A program made the translations under genes and the position numbers. The notes beneath the pieces were generated by a model. It saw nothing but the letters and a program-made list of their open reading frames with translations. It was not told the origin of the DNA and made no database searches. DNA of 63,894 bases, filler included, from Basidiobolus ranarum (Eukaryota), in NCBI GenBank assembly GCA_040143965.1. It is 27 parts of 27 records of this genome, joined end to end, with 100 filler letters (N's around TTAATTAATTAA, not from the genome) between each part and the next. Parts side by side here need not be neighbours in the genome. Positions count along the whole stretch, not along the records: positions 23,753 to 26,025 come from JASJQH010010422.1; positions 26,126 to 28,397 come from JASJQH010010423.1; positions 28,498 to 30,767 come from JASJQH010010424.1; positions 30,868 to 33,137 come from JASJQH010010425.1; positions 33,238 to 35,507 come from JASJQH010010426.1; positions 35,608 to 37,877 come from JASJQH010010427.1; 21 more parts are not named here. One strand, 5' to 3'. This document shows positions 23,753 through 36,525 of this stretch, piece after piece (the stretch's first letter is position 1; the number at the start of each line of letters is the position of its first letter).

Positions 23753-26025
23753 TGGATAAACTTCCATTGACATCAAATGGAAAACTAGATCGTCGGGCAC
23801 TTCCAGAGCCAGATAGTGCCTCCCTTGTAAGTCAGAAATACGAAGCACCTGTGGGTGAGATTGAAACCATCCTTGCTACTATTTGGGAGGAGCTCCTCAA
23901 GATCAAAACAGTAGGTCGTCGTGACAACTTCTTCATGCTTGGCGGACACTCTTTGCTTGCTGTGCGCTTGATGAATCGGGTTTCTGCCCTCGGCACACAA
24001 CTTCCGTTATCTTCGCTGTTCGCGTCGCCGATATTGTCTGATCTCGCGAACGTGATTACTAAACAGCTTACAAAAGAAAACCAGGAACTTGATGTCATCA
24101 AATCCGTATCTCGTGACACCGCTCTGCTACTATCATATGCTCAGCAACGTTTATGGTTCCTTGCTCAGATTGATGGCGTCAGCGATATCTACCATATGCC
24201 GATGGCTCTCCGCCTACAAGGTACTCTTAACCGGGATGCTTGGCAGCGTGCTTTGAATACCGTATTTTCTCGACACGAATCACTGCGCTCAGTTTTTGTC
24301 ACTGTTGACGGCCAGCCTCAAGTTCGAATCTTGCCTGCTCAGTCAGGACTATCCATGTTATCTCACGACCTTCGGGGTGAACTGGATATTGATAGACGTC
24401 TTCATGAATTGAGTTCTATCGAAGCTAGTGCACCTTTCGATCTCGTAAAAGGACCGTTGATTCGCGCGCAATTGATCCAAGTTGCTGACGATGAGCACGT
24501 CTTCTTGCTGACACAGCATCATATCGTCTCTGACGGTTGGTCGATGGGAATATTAACTCGTGAGCTGAGTGAGCTCTACACAGCTTACCACGATGGTCAT
24601 TCTGATCCATTGGCCCCACTCACTCTCCAGTACCCTGATTATGCAGCTTGGCAAAGAGAGTGGCTTAGTGGTGATAGACTCCAGGAACAAAGTGATTTCT
24701 GGCGTACTGCACTAGCTGGTTCACCTGTGTCGATTACCCTACCAACTGATCGACCCCGCCCTTCTCGACAATCGTTTGACGGGGCCCGAATGCCAATTCG
24801 TGTGGACTCCCGTACCACTTTAGCACTTAAACGCCTTAGTCAGAAGCATGGAGCAACATTATTCATGACAATCCTGGCAGCGTGGAGTGCGGTCCTGTCG
24901 CGACTCTCTGGACAGGATGATATAGTTATCGGTACACCAAGCGCCAATCGAAACCATCGCGAGATTGAGCAACTGATTGGCTTCTTTGTAAATACTCTCG
25001 TGCTCCGTATTGATATTTCCGGTAATCCAAGCGTATCACAATTACTGGAGCGTGTTCGTGAATTTTCAGTGGCAGCGCAAGCTCATCAAGATCTCCCATT
25101 TGAGCAAGTAGTGGAGATTACAAAGCCGCCACGTAGAATGGACCAGACACCACTCTTCCAAGTGATGTTTGCCTGGCAAAACAACGAAGAAGGCGAAATG
25201 CACCTGCCTGGAATAGTATTGGCACCAGCCGAGATGAGTTATGATATTGTCAAATTTGATCTGGATCTTGAGCTGTACGAAGAAAATGATGAGATCGTCG
25301 GCAGCCTTAATTACTCGACGGCTCTCTTCGATCGTTCCACAATCGAGAGACATATAGGGTATTTGGAGACGATGTTGCAAGCAATGGTAACTGATGCAGC
25401 GCAGTCCATCTCTACAGTTAATCTACTCTCTTCGTCAGAGCAAGAAAATTTGCTTCAAACATGGAATGTCGCCAGCGAATTCTATCCAGACCAATTCTGT
25501 ATTCACAACCTCTTTGAAGAGCAGGTCATTCGTTCCCCCGAAGCCGTCGCTGTTGTATATGAGTCTCAGGCATTAACCTATGCTGAAATCAATGCACGTG
25601 CCAATCGTCTCGCACATCATCTCATCGATCTCGGTGTCAAGCCCGACACTCTTGTGGCGATCTGCACGGAGCGCGGTCCTGCTATGATAGTAGGACTTCT
25701 TGCGATCCTGAAAGCGGGTGGCGCCTATGTGCCTCTGGATCCATCCTATGCTAGTGAGCGACTGAGAGATATCCTTGATGATGCTTTGCCAGCGGTCTTA
25801 CTTGCCGATGCTGTTGGGAAAACAACATTAGGTGAAAGAGCTCTCTAATCCGTTACTGTATTGGAGCCAAATAATCACTCTTCCTATCCCGCCACCAATC
25901 CCCAAGTTCCAGATTTGAATTCTCATCATCTTGACTACTTCATTTACACATCCGGATCGACAGGAAAACCTAAGGGATTCATGATCTAACACAAAGGATT
26001 TGTGAATCTTATCAAGACAAGGCCA
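23753..26025 (+). CDS. Non-ribosomal peptide synthetase fragment (A C-terminus - T - C[LCL-type] - A N-terminus), intronless and bacterial-like
   Basis: Motifs [62 protein letters not shown] and [11 protein letters not shown]. Two stops (25846, 25987) lie near the contig end. Confidence 0.96.
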
Positions 26026-26148
26026 NNNNNNNNNNNNNNNNNNNNNNNNNNNNNNNNNNNNNNNNNNNNTTAATTAATTAANNNNNNNNNNNNNNNNNNN
26101 NNNNNNNNNNNNNNNNNNNNNNNNNTTACTCAGCCTAAACCAGGATAG

Positions 26149-26734
26149 TTTTCCTTGGCTCAATATTTGAGACCTTTTGTGGTCGGTGTGCCAGCTCATC
26201 ACCCTGCACATCTAGAGCCATATGAAGTGAACAGCTTCACAGAGTATGTATACTAGTAGCTATTTGGTATTAGAATTGAAGTCAATACAAAAATGCAGTA
26301 TCCGTAATTGAAGCTCAGTATTGGAAACTCCAAAATCGCGTATATAAGGGAGGCATGTGTTAGTTATGACAGTATCCAAAGAATCCATTCAATTCTTCGA
26401 TACTTTCCAAGCAACCTTGTATACCACAGATCCAGACATGACTGTCAGCAAAGTAAAAATGAGCAAGATTATACGTCAATTGGATTTCACTGACAACATC
26501 ATACTTGCCAACTATGTGATGAACAAGTTACGCAAAATCCGTGATTGCGTGACTTCACCCAAACCTACAGAAAGCGATGACTCTTCCCTTCCAGCTCAGA
26601 GCATTGAGATAGCCTTCCAATCGATTCAAAATATAAGCAACTTTGAAGATGTTCTTACGAACGGCTTCTTGCTAGATGACCAACTTCGAACGCCAACTCT
26701 AAAACTTACTCTTACACCGCAACTACTACGGTGA
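26149..26734 (+). CDS. Hypothetical protein, 3' exons
   Basis: Open ~120-codon last exon ending RTPTLKLTLTPQLLR, with plausible upstream GT-AG introns. No firm family call. Confidence 0.4.
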
Positions 26735-28163
26735 TAGCCACATGGAAATGCCATCAATATTCAATTCTATATTACTCTCAACGTCACTCGCACGCAGTAG
26801 GATAGACGTGCTGGAAGTTCGAACTGATACCCTCCTAATGATAGAAGCTAATTAGGAATACGAATGTCTGGACTTGTTTTTGACTGTGAGAAATATGGAT
26901 CGCTAAATTGCAAGTGGTCTAAGCTCTGTAAAATGCAGTATCCAACTTTATTTAATTATCGGGCTTTCATAACCCTCTAATTTCTATGAATTACCAGCCT
27001 TAACTGCAACTAAAATTCCCCTACGTAAACACATAAAACCATCATCTAAATACTTTACGTGATTTGTAACTGAAATAAATGCCTCGTGATTGTAACCACA
27101 ACTGCATAGACACCCCTTACGCTAGTGAGTGGACCATCTCACATATCCACCATGATTTAAAGTTTGGATCGATGGACTAAGCAATCAATATTCCCTGCTG
27201 GCATTGTAGGTGTTAGATGTATGGACACTGCTGCTCAGAAACACAGGAAACATGGCTGATTCTGGTTCGTAAAGGATGACTGAGACAGGGAGACACATTT
27301 TCGATGCATCCTACCTGATAGAAATCCAGATAGTCTACAGTGAACAGTGGCAGTTGTTTCAGGAAGCCCTTTTCGGATAAACATTGGATTTCGAAAGCAT
27401 TGGATGTGTCAATTATCATATGAAACGAAATCTTGATCAATCAGTTGCTTTATATCTGTTAGTTAAAAGTATGTGAGGTTGGATCAAATAAGTTCTTGGT
27501 ATATCTACGGAATTGAGTATAGAATGACCTCTTTGTAACTGTCTACTTGGCGAATTTTGCGGTTAGATTCGTATAAAACTATGATTATCTCCAGACACGA
27601 GGTAGGATTATTTCAATCAAGAGGTGAGATGAATCAACAGTTTCTATCAGGAAAGTTGAGCATGAGTTCTGATTAGATCTTATGTACAATAATCAGTTAC
27701 CAATCTAGTGGCACTACATATATCGTGTAAACAAAATACAGTGCAAAGGCTTATGAAGCAGTATGCACTGACCAAATAGAATCAAAGCATATAAAGTTAG
27801 TAGGAATATGCCAGAGATAAGTCAATCTATTTAGCGTGTAGCTAGTGCTGAATATGCAACGAACGCGCCCTAACTCCGCCAAGGAATTGGCAAATTAAAC
27901 ATGTTTTACGCTATCCAACTTCTTGATATACTTGATCTAAGAAAGGCTGGAAAACAAGGCCTCATACACATCACGGCCTTAGTTAATTAAAACTTATTAA
28001 GAATATCTGCTCCTGACCTTGGTTCTAGAGAAATACTACTACTGTCTTTAAGCAGAAGTCAACCCTAGTTATATTCGCTCAGTTTCAAAATAAGAATGAC
28101 AGGCCAAAAGATGCATAAATTTCATATTTTTATTATACGAAACAGTCTGGAAAGCTGAACAGA

Positions 28164-28397
28164 TTATTGATCGGTCTTTCTTCTGGGAGCGCGACGACCA
28201 CGGTTGGCACCTGGGACAAAAGCTTGAGCAGGAGCAGCAACAGTGACACCAGGAAGATTTTCCATGTTGAGAGATTTGAGGAGCTCCTTAGTTTCAGGAT
28301 CAACCTCGATGTTGGAGATATCCAAAGCAGAGAATTCGGGAACGTAGTTATCTTTACGTTCACGTTCTTCTTCTTGAAGCTTGAAGGAGATACCACG
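28164..28397 (-). CDS. RPS17: 40S ribosomal protein S17 (eS17), 3' part
   Basis: Reads [26 protein letters not shown]...RRKTDQ*. This frame is absent from the ORF track. Strongly biased codon usage. Confidence 0.96.
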   Translation of the reverse strand, partial: RGISFKLQEEERERKDNYVPEFSALDISNIEVDPETKELLKSLNMENLPGVTVAAPAQAFVPGANRGRRAPRRKTDQ

Positions 28398-28497
28398 NNN
28401 NNNNNNNNNNNNNNNNNNNNNNNNNNNNNNNNNNNNNNNNNTTAATTAATTAANNNNNNNNNNNNNNNNNNNNNNNNNNNNNNNNNNNNNNNNNNNN

Positions 28498-28588
28498 CAC
28501 AGGAGACATTACGAAGAATGATGGAAGAAGCGCAAGAAGCACCGACGGCACCACAACCGATGATAGCAATAGTCTTGTTGGCAGGCAT
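28498..28588 (-). CDS. ldh: L-lactate dehydrogenase, copy 1, 5' fragment
   Basis: 91 nt identical to the start of the gene at 30450 (MPANKTIAIIGCGAVGASCA). A TATA-like element lies at ~28638-28649. Confidence 0.88.
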
Positions 28589-30449
28589 GTTCGTGTGATA
28601 GAATAAACAATGATAGGGTTATGCTAACAACTTTATTCTTTATATATATTTGTCTAGATCTGGATCCATCGTGTTCGATATATTCAACCAATCAAAATGG
28701 TTGAAGGTTAATATTAAATCGAGAACAGGCCAAGTCAATAAAATAAAATACAATATACCTAAGATTCAAATGCAAATGCAAATGAAAAATCCGAATTCTG
28801 ATACCAGTCCTAATCTCTAATCTCTGATACTCATCAGAAATCGATAATACAATGGACCAATGTTGCCATCCTGAAGATAAACTTCATGCACTGTAAAAGC
28901 TAATCTTCCACTCTCTTGACGCAATAACACCCTCTTTAAGCCTAACTATTCTGATATAAGGTTCCTTCTGAAGTTAGATGAGGAACCAAACAAGGACAAC
29001 GCATAAAGTTTATTCAAAGTTAGCGAATGGCATTAAGGTATAATCAAGATAAAGTCATGAAATTTGTTAGATATCTATATGCCATCCCTTAACAAGTTAA
29101 AGTAAAGAGCTGGAACGTTGGAGTTTGCAAAGGCCTATAAATCTTCTAATTTTGACCAACAAGAAACCAGAAAGTGCGTTACACAATCGGACGTGCATAT
29201 TACTCCAGTCTGAGCGACATTCTTTGTATCTTTTAAAACACTCACTACCTGCACGTACTACATAGTTTTACTGGATAAGAGGATTAAAGAATTCTAGGCA
29301 TATGGAGAAAGCCTACAGAATCTAGAACAATGATTCCCTCCCCCAGATTTTCGAAATGAATTTGATCATAAATTATTAGTTAAGTCGCACATGGTGTAGT
29401 GAAGATTAGAAAAGCAGAAATTACAGTACGTGAATATGGTATGTTTAGCTGAAGTCACCCATCTGTTGTCACTTTATGCATGGACATGAACATGAAATGT
29501 ATATTACTAATGCGTTCATATCTCATACTGTGTGTTGACATACAATGGGAGATTAGAATGAGTGATGACATATGATCGAGGCCATCACAAAGTTCGAGTC
29601 TAGGCTGCAACCAATCCATATTAAATTTAATGCGAAGATGTGAATAATTCAAAGCTAAAGTTGAGAAATATTTCTGACTCGATCACGAGAAGTCATTCTG
29701 ATTGTTCTACGAGATTAGATAACGTAATATACAACCATACTTATTGGGGCCGAGCAGGCGATTCGGAAAATGATAATATTCCGGGTCTAACAAAGCTTAC
29801 TCGCACTAGTCTAGACACCTATTTCTAGAACATGAAGAGTTTGCATGTCCATCGATATTAGAGATATTCTAATGGGCACACTTTATCGAGATAAAAGAGC
29901 CTAAATCTCCAAAATATGAATATTTTTATGGAGAATCAAGCTAGTTTAGTTTTGATTATATCTTGAAGAAGGTTTTGCTTAACTAGAGATTTACTCATAT
30001 GGAAGTCTTTACTTGTCAGAAATAAGAAATATTTAACATATTGGAGTTTGCTAACGAAATATAGAAATTTCAAATCCAGATTCGTTAATATTAGATTCAG
30101 TTTAATTAAGCACTCTATCGATGTATCACAGACGCGGACACTGACATAGACAGATTAATAGATTATCAATATTAGGATTGAGGGCACTGAACCTGGGCTG
30201 TAAAAGAAGATACATCACCTTAAGAGGATCGGAATAAGTTCGATACCATATAAGATCATCCATTTAGAAATCAAGACGTAATAAAACATGGAATATTAAA
30301 TTAGGAAAATCAATAGAATTTACTATCACTGGAAATTCTAAGCAAGAGTATAAACTGACAAAGAAAGCACCGGGATTTTTGAAAGTATATAAAGGTGGTC
30401 ATTTTCTGGGTTCTACTTACATCTCAAGTTAATAATAAATCTCAACAAT

Positions 30450-30767
30450 ATGCCTGCCAACAAGACTATTGCTATCATCGGTTGTGGTGCCGTCGGTGCT
30501 TCTTGCGCTTCTTCCATCATTCTTCGTAATGTCTCCTGTGAGTTGCTCATGGTTGACATCAACCAACAAGTCGCTGAAGGTCAAGCTCTCGATTTGGCTG
30601 ACTCTCAATTCCTCTCTTCCACCAAGGTCAGAGTTGGTACTTACCAAGAAGCTGGCCAAGCTGACATCATTGTCATCACCGCTGGAGCTGGTCAACGCCC
30701 CGGAGAGACTCGTCTCCAATTGATTGCCAAGAACTACAGCATCCTCAACAGTGTTATCAGCAGCATG
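30450..30767 (+). CDS. ldh: L-lactate dehydrogenase, copy 2, 5' part
   Basis: Rossmann motif GCGAVG, EGQALDLAD, and ITAGAGQRPGETRLQL with Gln at the LDH/MDH specificity position. TATATAAA lies at ~30386. Confidence 0.93.
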
Positions 30768-30867
30768 NNNNNNNNNNNNNNNNNNNNNNNNNNNNNNNNN
30801 NNNNNNNNNNNTTAATTAATTAANNNNNNNNNNNNNNNNNNNNNNNNNNNNNNNNNNNNNNNNNNNN

Positions 30868-32693
30868 GATCGAGACGTGGCTACTCTCGGGTATAGATGC
30901 ACCCTTCTCAACGTCTACATCCGTCTTCTCTGGTGCCAGGCCAGAGAGTTCGATTGGGTCGCTGTTGGAGGCCAAAATCAGTGTCAACAAGAAGCCAACG
31001 CCACCAATCACGCCAAAAGTGTAGAATGACGCTCTGTATCCACTCATCAGCGCCTCGGGTCCACCGCCGAGACCCTCATATACCTGGGATATAATCGTGG
31101 CTACGGCTAACCCAATAGGTCCTCCAATCTGTATGGAAACATTAAAGACCGCACCTACCGCACCCTGATCCTCATCGTTCGCGTCAGCAACAGCGTTGAC
31201 CTGACAGCACATCCACGTGAGTGCAAGTCCGATACAGTTGACAATCAGAGCAGGGAAGGCGTAGTGCCAGTAGGTGGCGCCAGTAACGATCAGCCCAAAA
31301 ATGATGGATGAGGTGATGATAAAGCACCATCCGATCAAAGTGATGAACTTGGTTCTTATGAATACAAACAGTCTGGTCAAGGTGTAAAGTCCAAGGACCA
31401 AACCAACGCCGTGAACGATGTAGCAGCATGCGGTGATCAGAGGCGAGTAGTGGAGTACGTTCTGGAAGGTCAAGGACGTAAAGAAGATCATGACGTTATA
31501 CGTGGCTGAGATGCAGAGCATGATGACGACGCTGGAAAAGAAGCGACGGGATCGCCAGATGCGGAAAGGCATGACCGGGTACTCGATACGTCTTTCCCAA
31601 AAGATAAATCCGATCAAGAACACAAGTCCTATCAGGAATAGAGGCAGCACCTTAGCAGAGCCCCAACCTGAATTCGTGGACTCGGAGAGATAATAAATAA
31701 CGGCGATGACACCGACCATAAACAGAGCAACACCGACATAGTCGATGCGGCGATCCGTTAACGAGGGGCTATTGTTTCCCTTAGAGATCACAAAATACCC
31801 GGCGATGCAGAGAGTCGTTGAGATTATAGCCGTGACAAAGAAGACCCAGTACCATCCGATGGTTGCGTCAAAGATACCTCCCAGGAGGACTCCAACGGTC
31901 TGTCCGATGCAGGCTGCACCACCAAATATAGACAGGGCGAATGTGCGCTCAGGGCCAGGAGGATACGTGGTAGTTAACAGGGCAAGTGCAGAAGGACTGA
32001 TAAAAGGTATAAATTTGGTGTGTTCAGTATTTTGTTTCTGTGCTGGCCAAACGACCGAACTACTCACATTGTAAGGCCGGCTCCAGCACCTTGCAAACCC
32101 CGAGCTACAGACATGAAGATGGGGTTCCGCGCTAATCCGCATAACAAGGACCATGCTGAAAACCAAGCCGTGCCCGTCAGGAATACCCGACGATGGCCAA
32201 ACAAGTCTCCCTATACGATGGTGAATGAAAGCGGTCAAAACCATGTTGAAATTGCCCGAATTGCTCTCTAATGGGTGTAAATATTCTTATTTTGCGAGGA
32301 CTTACCATGTGACCACCGACCAAAAGGACGGCCGAATATGTTAGTACATAGCTGCTTACAACCCTGTATAGTCAAATAAAAAGAAAAATGGGAATGCCGA
32401 GTCAGAAATATGCGGGTTTATGGAAGGAAAATTCGATAACTTCGTTGCGGAATGAGTTACCATTGTAATTGATACGGCTCGTAGTGAACATCGCGAAGGA
32501 TAGAGGGAAGAGCTATAGTGACGGAAGCAACATTGATGATGTCTAACATCTGTGCCAAACTGATCACGAAGAGGAAAAGTCCTTTTTTTTGACTCAGTCT
32601 CTTGTACCAGGGAACTGCTGATGCTTCTACGGACTGCACGTATGCCAGCTCCACCTCAGGAGTGTTGGCTTTGGCTACGATTGTCTCGGTCAT
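30868..32693 (-). CDS. MFS drug:H+ antiporter (DHA2, 14-TMS, Atr1-like), 4 exons, extreme 3' end missing
   Basis: Spliced reading gives AQMLDIINVASVTIALPSI, LQW/VVSSYVLTYS, GDLFGHRRVF, ARGLQGAGAGLTI/PSALALL and RRIDYVG. Confidence 0.92.
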
Positions 32694-33239
32694 CCTTGTA
32701 GAAGATAGCTTAGAACTTCACCTCGCAGAGAACGTAGGACGGTAGAAAAACGCCAAGGCGAAAAAGTAGAAAGTTAAAGTTGGGAATCTATTCGATCGTA
32801 GACGGTGTAATTAGTGCACAAAGTGAGAAGCGAAGAACAAAGACAGAGATATGGATAGAAGCATGATGGAGGTCCTTTTTATGCATTGTTACTCTCATGC
32901 ACTATTACCAGTCAGAGATCAGCACTGATAGTCTAACACTAAATGGGCTATCTTCGCAGTTATATTCACCTCCCTGCTCCGATGGCTGCAACACTAGCGA
33001 ATAAATGTCGCGAAACAGAAGGATCAGCATACGGCAGTTCATCCTCTTCGTTATGCATTTTGGATCTGCATAACAGAAAAGAGCTTTAATTGTGTGTTTA
33101 ATGGGTTAGAGGTTATTATTATATTTTAGCATGCTTTNNNNNNNNNNNNNNNNNNNNNNNNNNNNNNNNNNNNNNNNNNNNTTAATTAATTAANNNNNNN
33201 NNNNNNNNNNNNNNNNNNNNNNNNNNNNNNNNNNNNNGA

Positions 33240-33720
33240 AGTGGTTAGCAGAACTAGAAGGATTGATGGTTTTCACTTATTGATTGTCTGCGTAGAAAAT
33301 TGCCACCTAATACTCAAAGTCTACCCCATTATGTCAAGATCTTCCAACAGAAATATTGTACTTAGTAGGGAAGGTGCCATGGCAAGTTTAAGTATGGAGG
33401 TATGTGGGACTTCAATGCCCAAATTGCAGGGGGGACAATGTATGGAGGGTCAGAAAACCTTGAATGGACAGTCTTGGTGGAGGTAAAGTTTAGCTGCAAT
33501 GACTGGGTTTCATGGAGTATTCTAAGAGCATGTCTTCCATATGTGGTAGTCAATATGAATCAGCATATCATTGCCAAGAGAGGGAGGAACAGGAGTTATA
33601 TAGTCATGAGCTTGTAGTAGAATATTTGAGATATGATAGATCAGTATGTCAAGATCACAATGGTGATAAACGCACAGATCCAAATCCCCAGAACACATTT
33701 ATACAAAGTCAGAAAATTCT
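33240..33720 (+). mobile_element. Possible LINE apurinic-endonuclease remnant
   Basis: (G>W)DFNAQI at ~33405 resembles the GDFNA motif. The region is CpG-depleted and frameshifted. Confidence 0.4.
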
Positions 33721-34984
33721 CTTGTAAGTCAGATATGCAAAGTGAGTGTCTATTGTGCTTGTTTTTTTCCACTTTTTAGACAAAATATTACTAGCCCTCA
33801 CTGTACAAGTAGCTAGTAAAGACCCTCTTGTCAGCTGGGAATTCTCAGACAAATATGTTTGTAGTTTTCAGATCTGCATTGGAGATAAGAAACTTCAACA
33901 TGTACCTAAAAGTAAGAAGACTAAAAGATTCACTGATTCAAGAAAATTTCTTGAGCTGAGGAATAGGTACATTAACCTTAAAGCTATGAATGAGCATGGT
34001 TTGAGCTAGATAACTTAAAAACTAACACTCTGTGACCCATCCACTACTGACCATTATTGATTGATAAGTTGGCTGTCCATGAAAAAGGCCATAGAATAAC
34101 TGTCAAGATAAATCATCAATTAAATCTTTAAAATAAATTTGATCCTTCACCTACACTAGGTTATACTGCTAATTATTTATCCAGTAAAAGAGGCTACCAA
34201 TATATAATATACCTATATTCTTCAACGATTCCAATAACGATACTCCCACCATTGTATATTATTGCAAGGCCTTGCATGTTGCTTCAGTCAAAATCAAACA
34301 AAGCTATAGATCTGTATATTCATGACTATAAATATCCATAGTCAGTCAAAAATGAACCCACATTTGAAATGCTTCTTCGTCATTTTCGGTATGATTGGAA
34401 TTGAGAGTCACAATACCTAGGATTATGAAGTGTCACCTGATTTGCCTGATAGTGGGTGAACTATAGAAAAGTGGTTTCCATAACAATCACTGGAAGGAGG
34501 AGAAACAAAAACTTCTTTTTTATTGGCAGGCATCTTCTCCAATTACAGATCGATGGAAAATTAATGTAGGCGAGTTGCTATCAACATTGCAAATCAAGAA
34601 ACCCGGTTAAACGATATCTAGTTGATTCAATTACAGGATGGCATATGTTCTGAATTTGGAACGGGATTGTATAGTATTTGACAGTTTGCAGACGAGTCTA
34701 AGTTCTATGGCGTATTGTCTAGCCCATGCAGGTTTAGCTTCCTACGAAAGGATAATTTTACACGGGACTCAGTGAGTAGCATTCACTCCACAAAACCTAT
34801 GATCTAAATGCCCAAGTATACCGTACTGCAGAATCACATATATGGTTATATACGCGTGACGTTGTATAAGCCAGGTCGCATAATCAGAACCATGTATTTA
34901 TTTTGCATTTCAATTTGGCCTGAACCATAGAACTGAAGTAAGATGAATGATATTTCGGATGTAGAAATTGAAGTTCATTTCTAT

Positions 34985-35470
34985 TCACCGTTTCGAGGGC
35001 CAGTCACACACAATTGAGCTTCCGGCAGTTATGCATACATTACCAGGAGAACAATGATACTCATCTACCTTACCATTAGTACAAACTGTAAATTGAGGCG
35101 AGCCACCTGAATCTCCACATGAGTACCTGTCCCTCTCACAATGAGCTTCTGTGTGTATAGGTACACCATCTTCTATGCTCAAAGTGGAGGTAATTGTGAC
35201 TGGAGGAGGTATAACCGTAATCGGTGATGCAGTGATTGTAAGGCAATCAATATTTTGGTTTGCAACATCAACTATAGATGTTTCTGATTTAACGACATAC
35301 ATTGTATGCGTTGTTGAAACTTTAGAAGAAAACTCAGCCACAGGAGCCTGGTTGGTCATGGTAACAGTGCCTGTTTCGACATGACACTGCGCGGCAGTAT
35401 CTAACCTCGGGAAAACCAAAGAGAACATGGGGAGAATAGTCAGACATTGAGTGCTAAGATTCAAGGTCAA
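34985..35470 (-). CDS. Thr/Val-rich extracellular protein with C-terminal Cys-rich CBM19-like chitin-binding module, 3' part
   Basis: CERDRYSC...FTVCTNG...YHCSPGNVC...IVCDW six-Cys pattern after a Thr-rich linker. Confidence 0.65.
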   Translation of the reverse strand: MTLNLSTQCLTILPMFSLVFPRLDTAAQCHVETGTVTMTNQAPVAEFSSKVSTTHTMYVVKSETSIVDVANQNIDCLTITASPITVIPPPVTITSTLSIEDGVPIHTEAHCERDRYSCGDSGGSPQFTVCTNGKVDEYHCSPGNVCITAGSSIVCDWPSKR

Positions 35471-35607
35471 AAGGGAAACAGCCCAGAACCCCCAATTAAG
35501 GTCCCTANNNNNNNNNNNNNNNNNNNNNNNNNNNNNNNNNNNNNNNNNNNNTTAATTAATTAANNNNNNNNNNNNNNNNNNNNNNNNNNNNNNNNNNNNN
35601 NNNNNNN

Positions 35608-36154
35608 TGCCTTGGCTGAAGAGGCTGTTCACAAGTTAGTTGTAGTTATACCTCCCAATACATCTTATCATGGATGTCAAAGACTTCTGATGCAGTTTGT
35701 GATATCAATTCTGGAATATGGAATACATCTGCTCTCAGTAAACCAGATGGACTACTCTAAACTTGATGGATTCATCTGCTACTGCCTCAGGCTGCTGATG
35801 CCTGACTTGCCTCAGACTCCCTATATTCATGCTCTAAATGGAACATTTAGATTCTTCCCATATCAAATTAGAGTAGTGCTACTGGGGGCTAGATTTTTAC
35901 TCCAACTAAATGACTGCAGAAATCCACTGGTCAAGAAATGGCTAGCCACACCATCTACAAATCCGCTATCTTGCTGGAAACTGATACAAGATGACCCGTT
36001 GTCTCTGAACTAGCTTTACAACTGCATCAAACAAAACAGCCCAAAATTGTTGCTATAAACTTCTAGCTGGATCTTCAGAAGCAATACCTTTCCTCCAAGA
36101 CTAGTATATAAGCTAAATAAAGTCCACACCATCTGGTGCTTTTCATCCCCCTAA
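35608..36154 (+). mobile_element. LINE 3' fragment (post-RT region), internally deleted
   Basis: RLLMQFVISILEYG...KLD....CLR resembles the region following RT in non-LTR elements. It ends GGTGCTTTTCATCCCCCTAA. Confidence 0.72.
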
Positions 36155-36248
36155 GTGCACTCTTACTGAAGGAGCAGCATAGCGCAAGAGGTAGTGCACT
36201 CTTACAGGAATGGCTTTAACCCTAACCCATTTTGACCAATCAAATGGT

Positions 36249-36525
36249 CTAATTTTGCACTCTTACCGAAAGAGCAGCATGGCATAAGTGGTAGTATTCA
36301 TTATCTTGTTCATCTTCCTCGTATTGGCAACCATAACGGAAGTGAGGGTAGTTTTTTTGACCACTCCTACCGGTCAAACCTCCCTCGTATTCATTATCCT
36401 GGTTGTCTTCTTCATATTGACGGCCATAACGGGAACGGGGATAGTTCTTTTGGTCGCCTCTTTGAGAGGGATCTCCGCTATATCCTTTTCCACCAGAGGA
36501 TGAAGGCTGTTGGCTGTAGAGCATA
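36249..36525 (-). CDS. Small hydrophilic ORF with two QKNYP..RYG.QYEED.QDNEY repeats; possibly a truncated gene
   Basis: The internal direct repeat is in frame. Function unknown. Confidence 0.4.

Noticed and set aside
28133-28396. ORF-track proteins at this position
   Set aside because: They are in the wrong frames; the real product is eS17 at 28164-28397 on the minus strand.
32000-32244. N-terminus of the 474-aa ORF as the MFS start
   Set aside because: It reads through an intron and an out-of-frame exon. The spliced gene starts at 32693.
23753-32693. NRPS + LDH + MFS transporter as a biosynthetic gene cluster
   Set aside because: They lie on separate contigs ordered by length, so there is no evidence of linkage.
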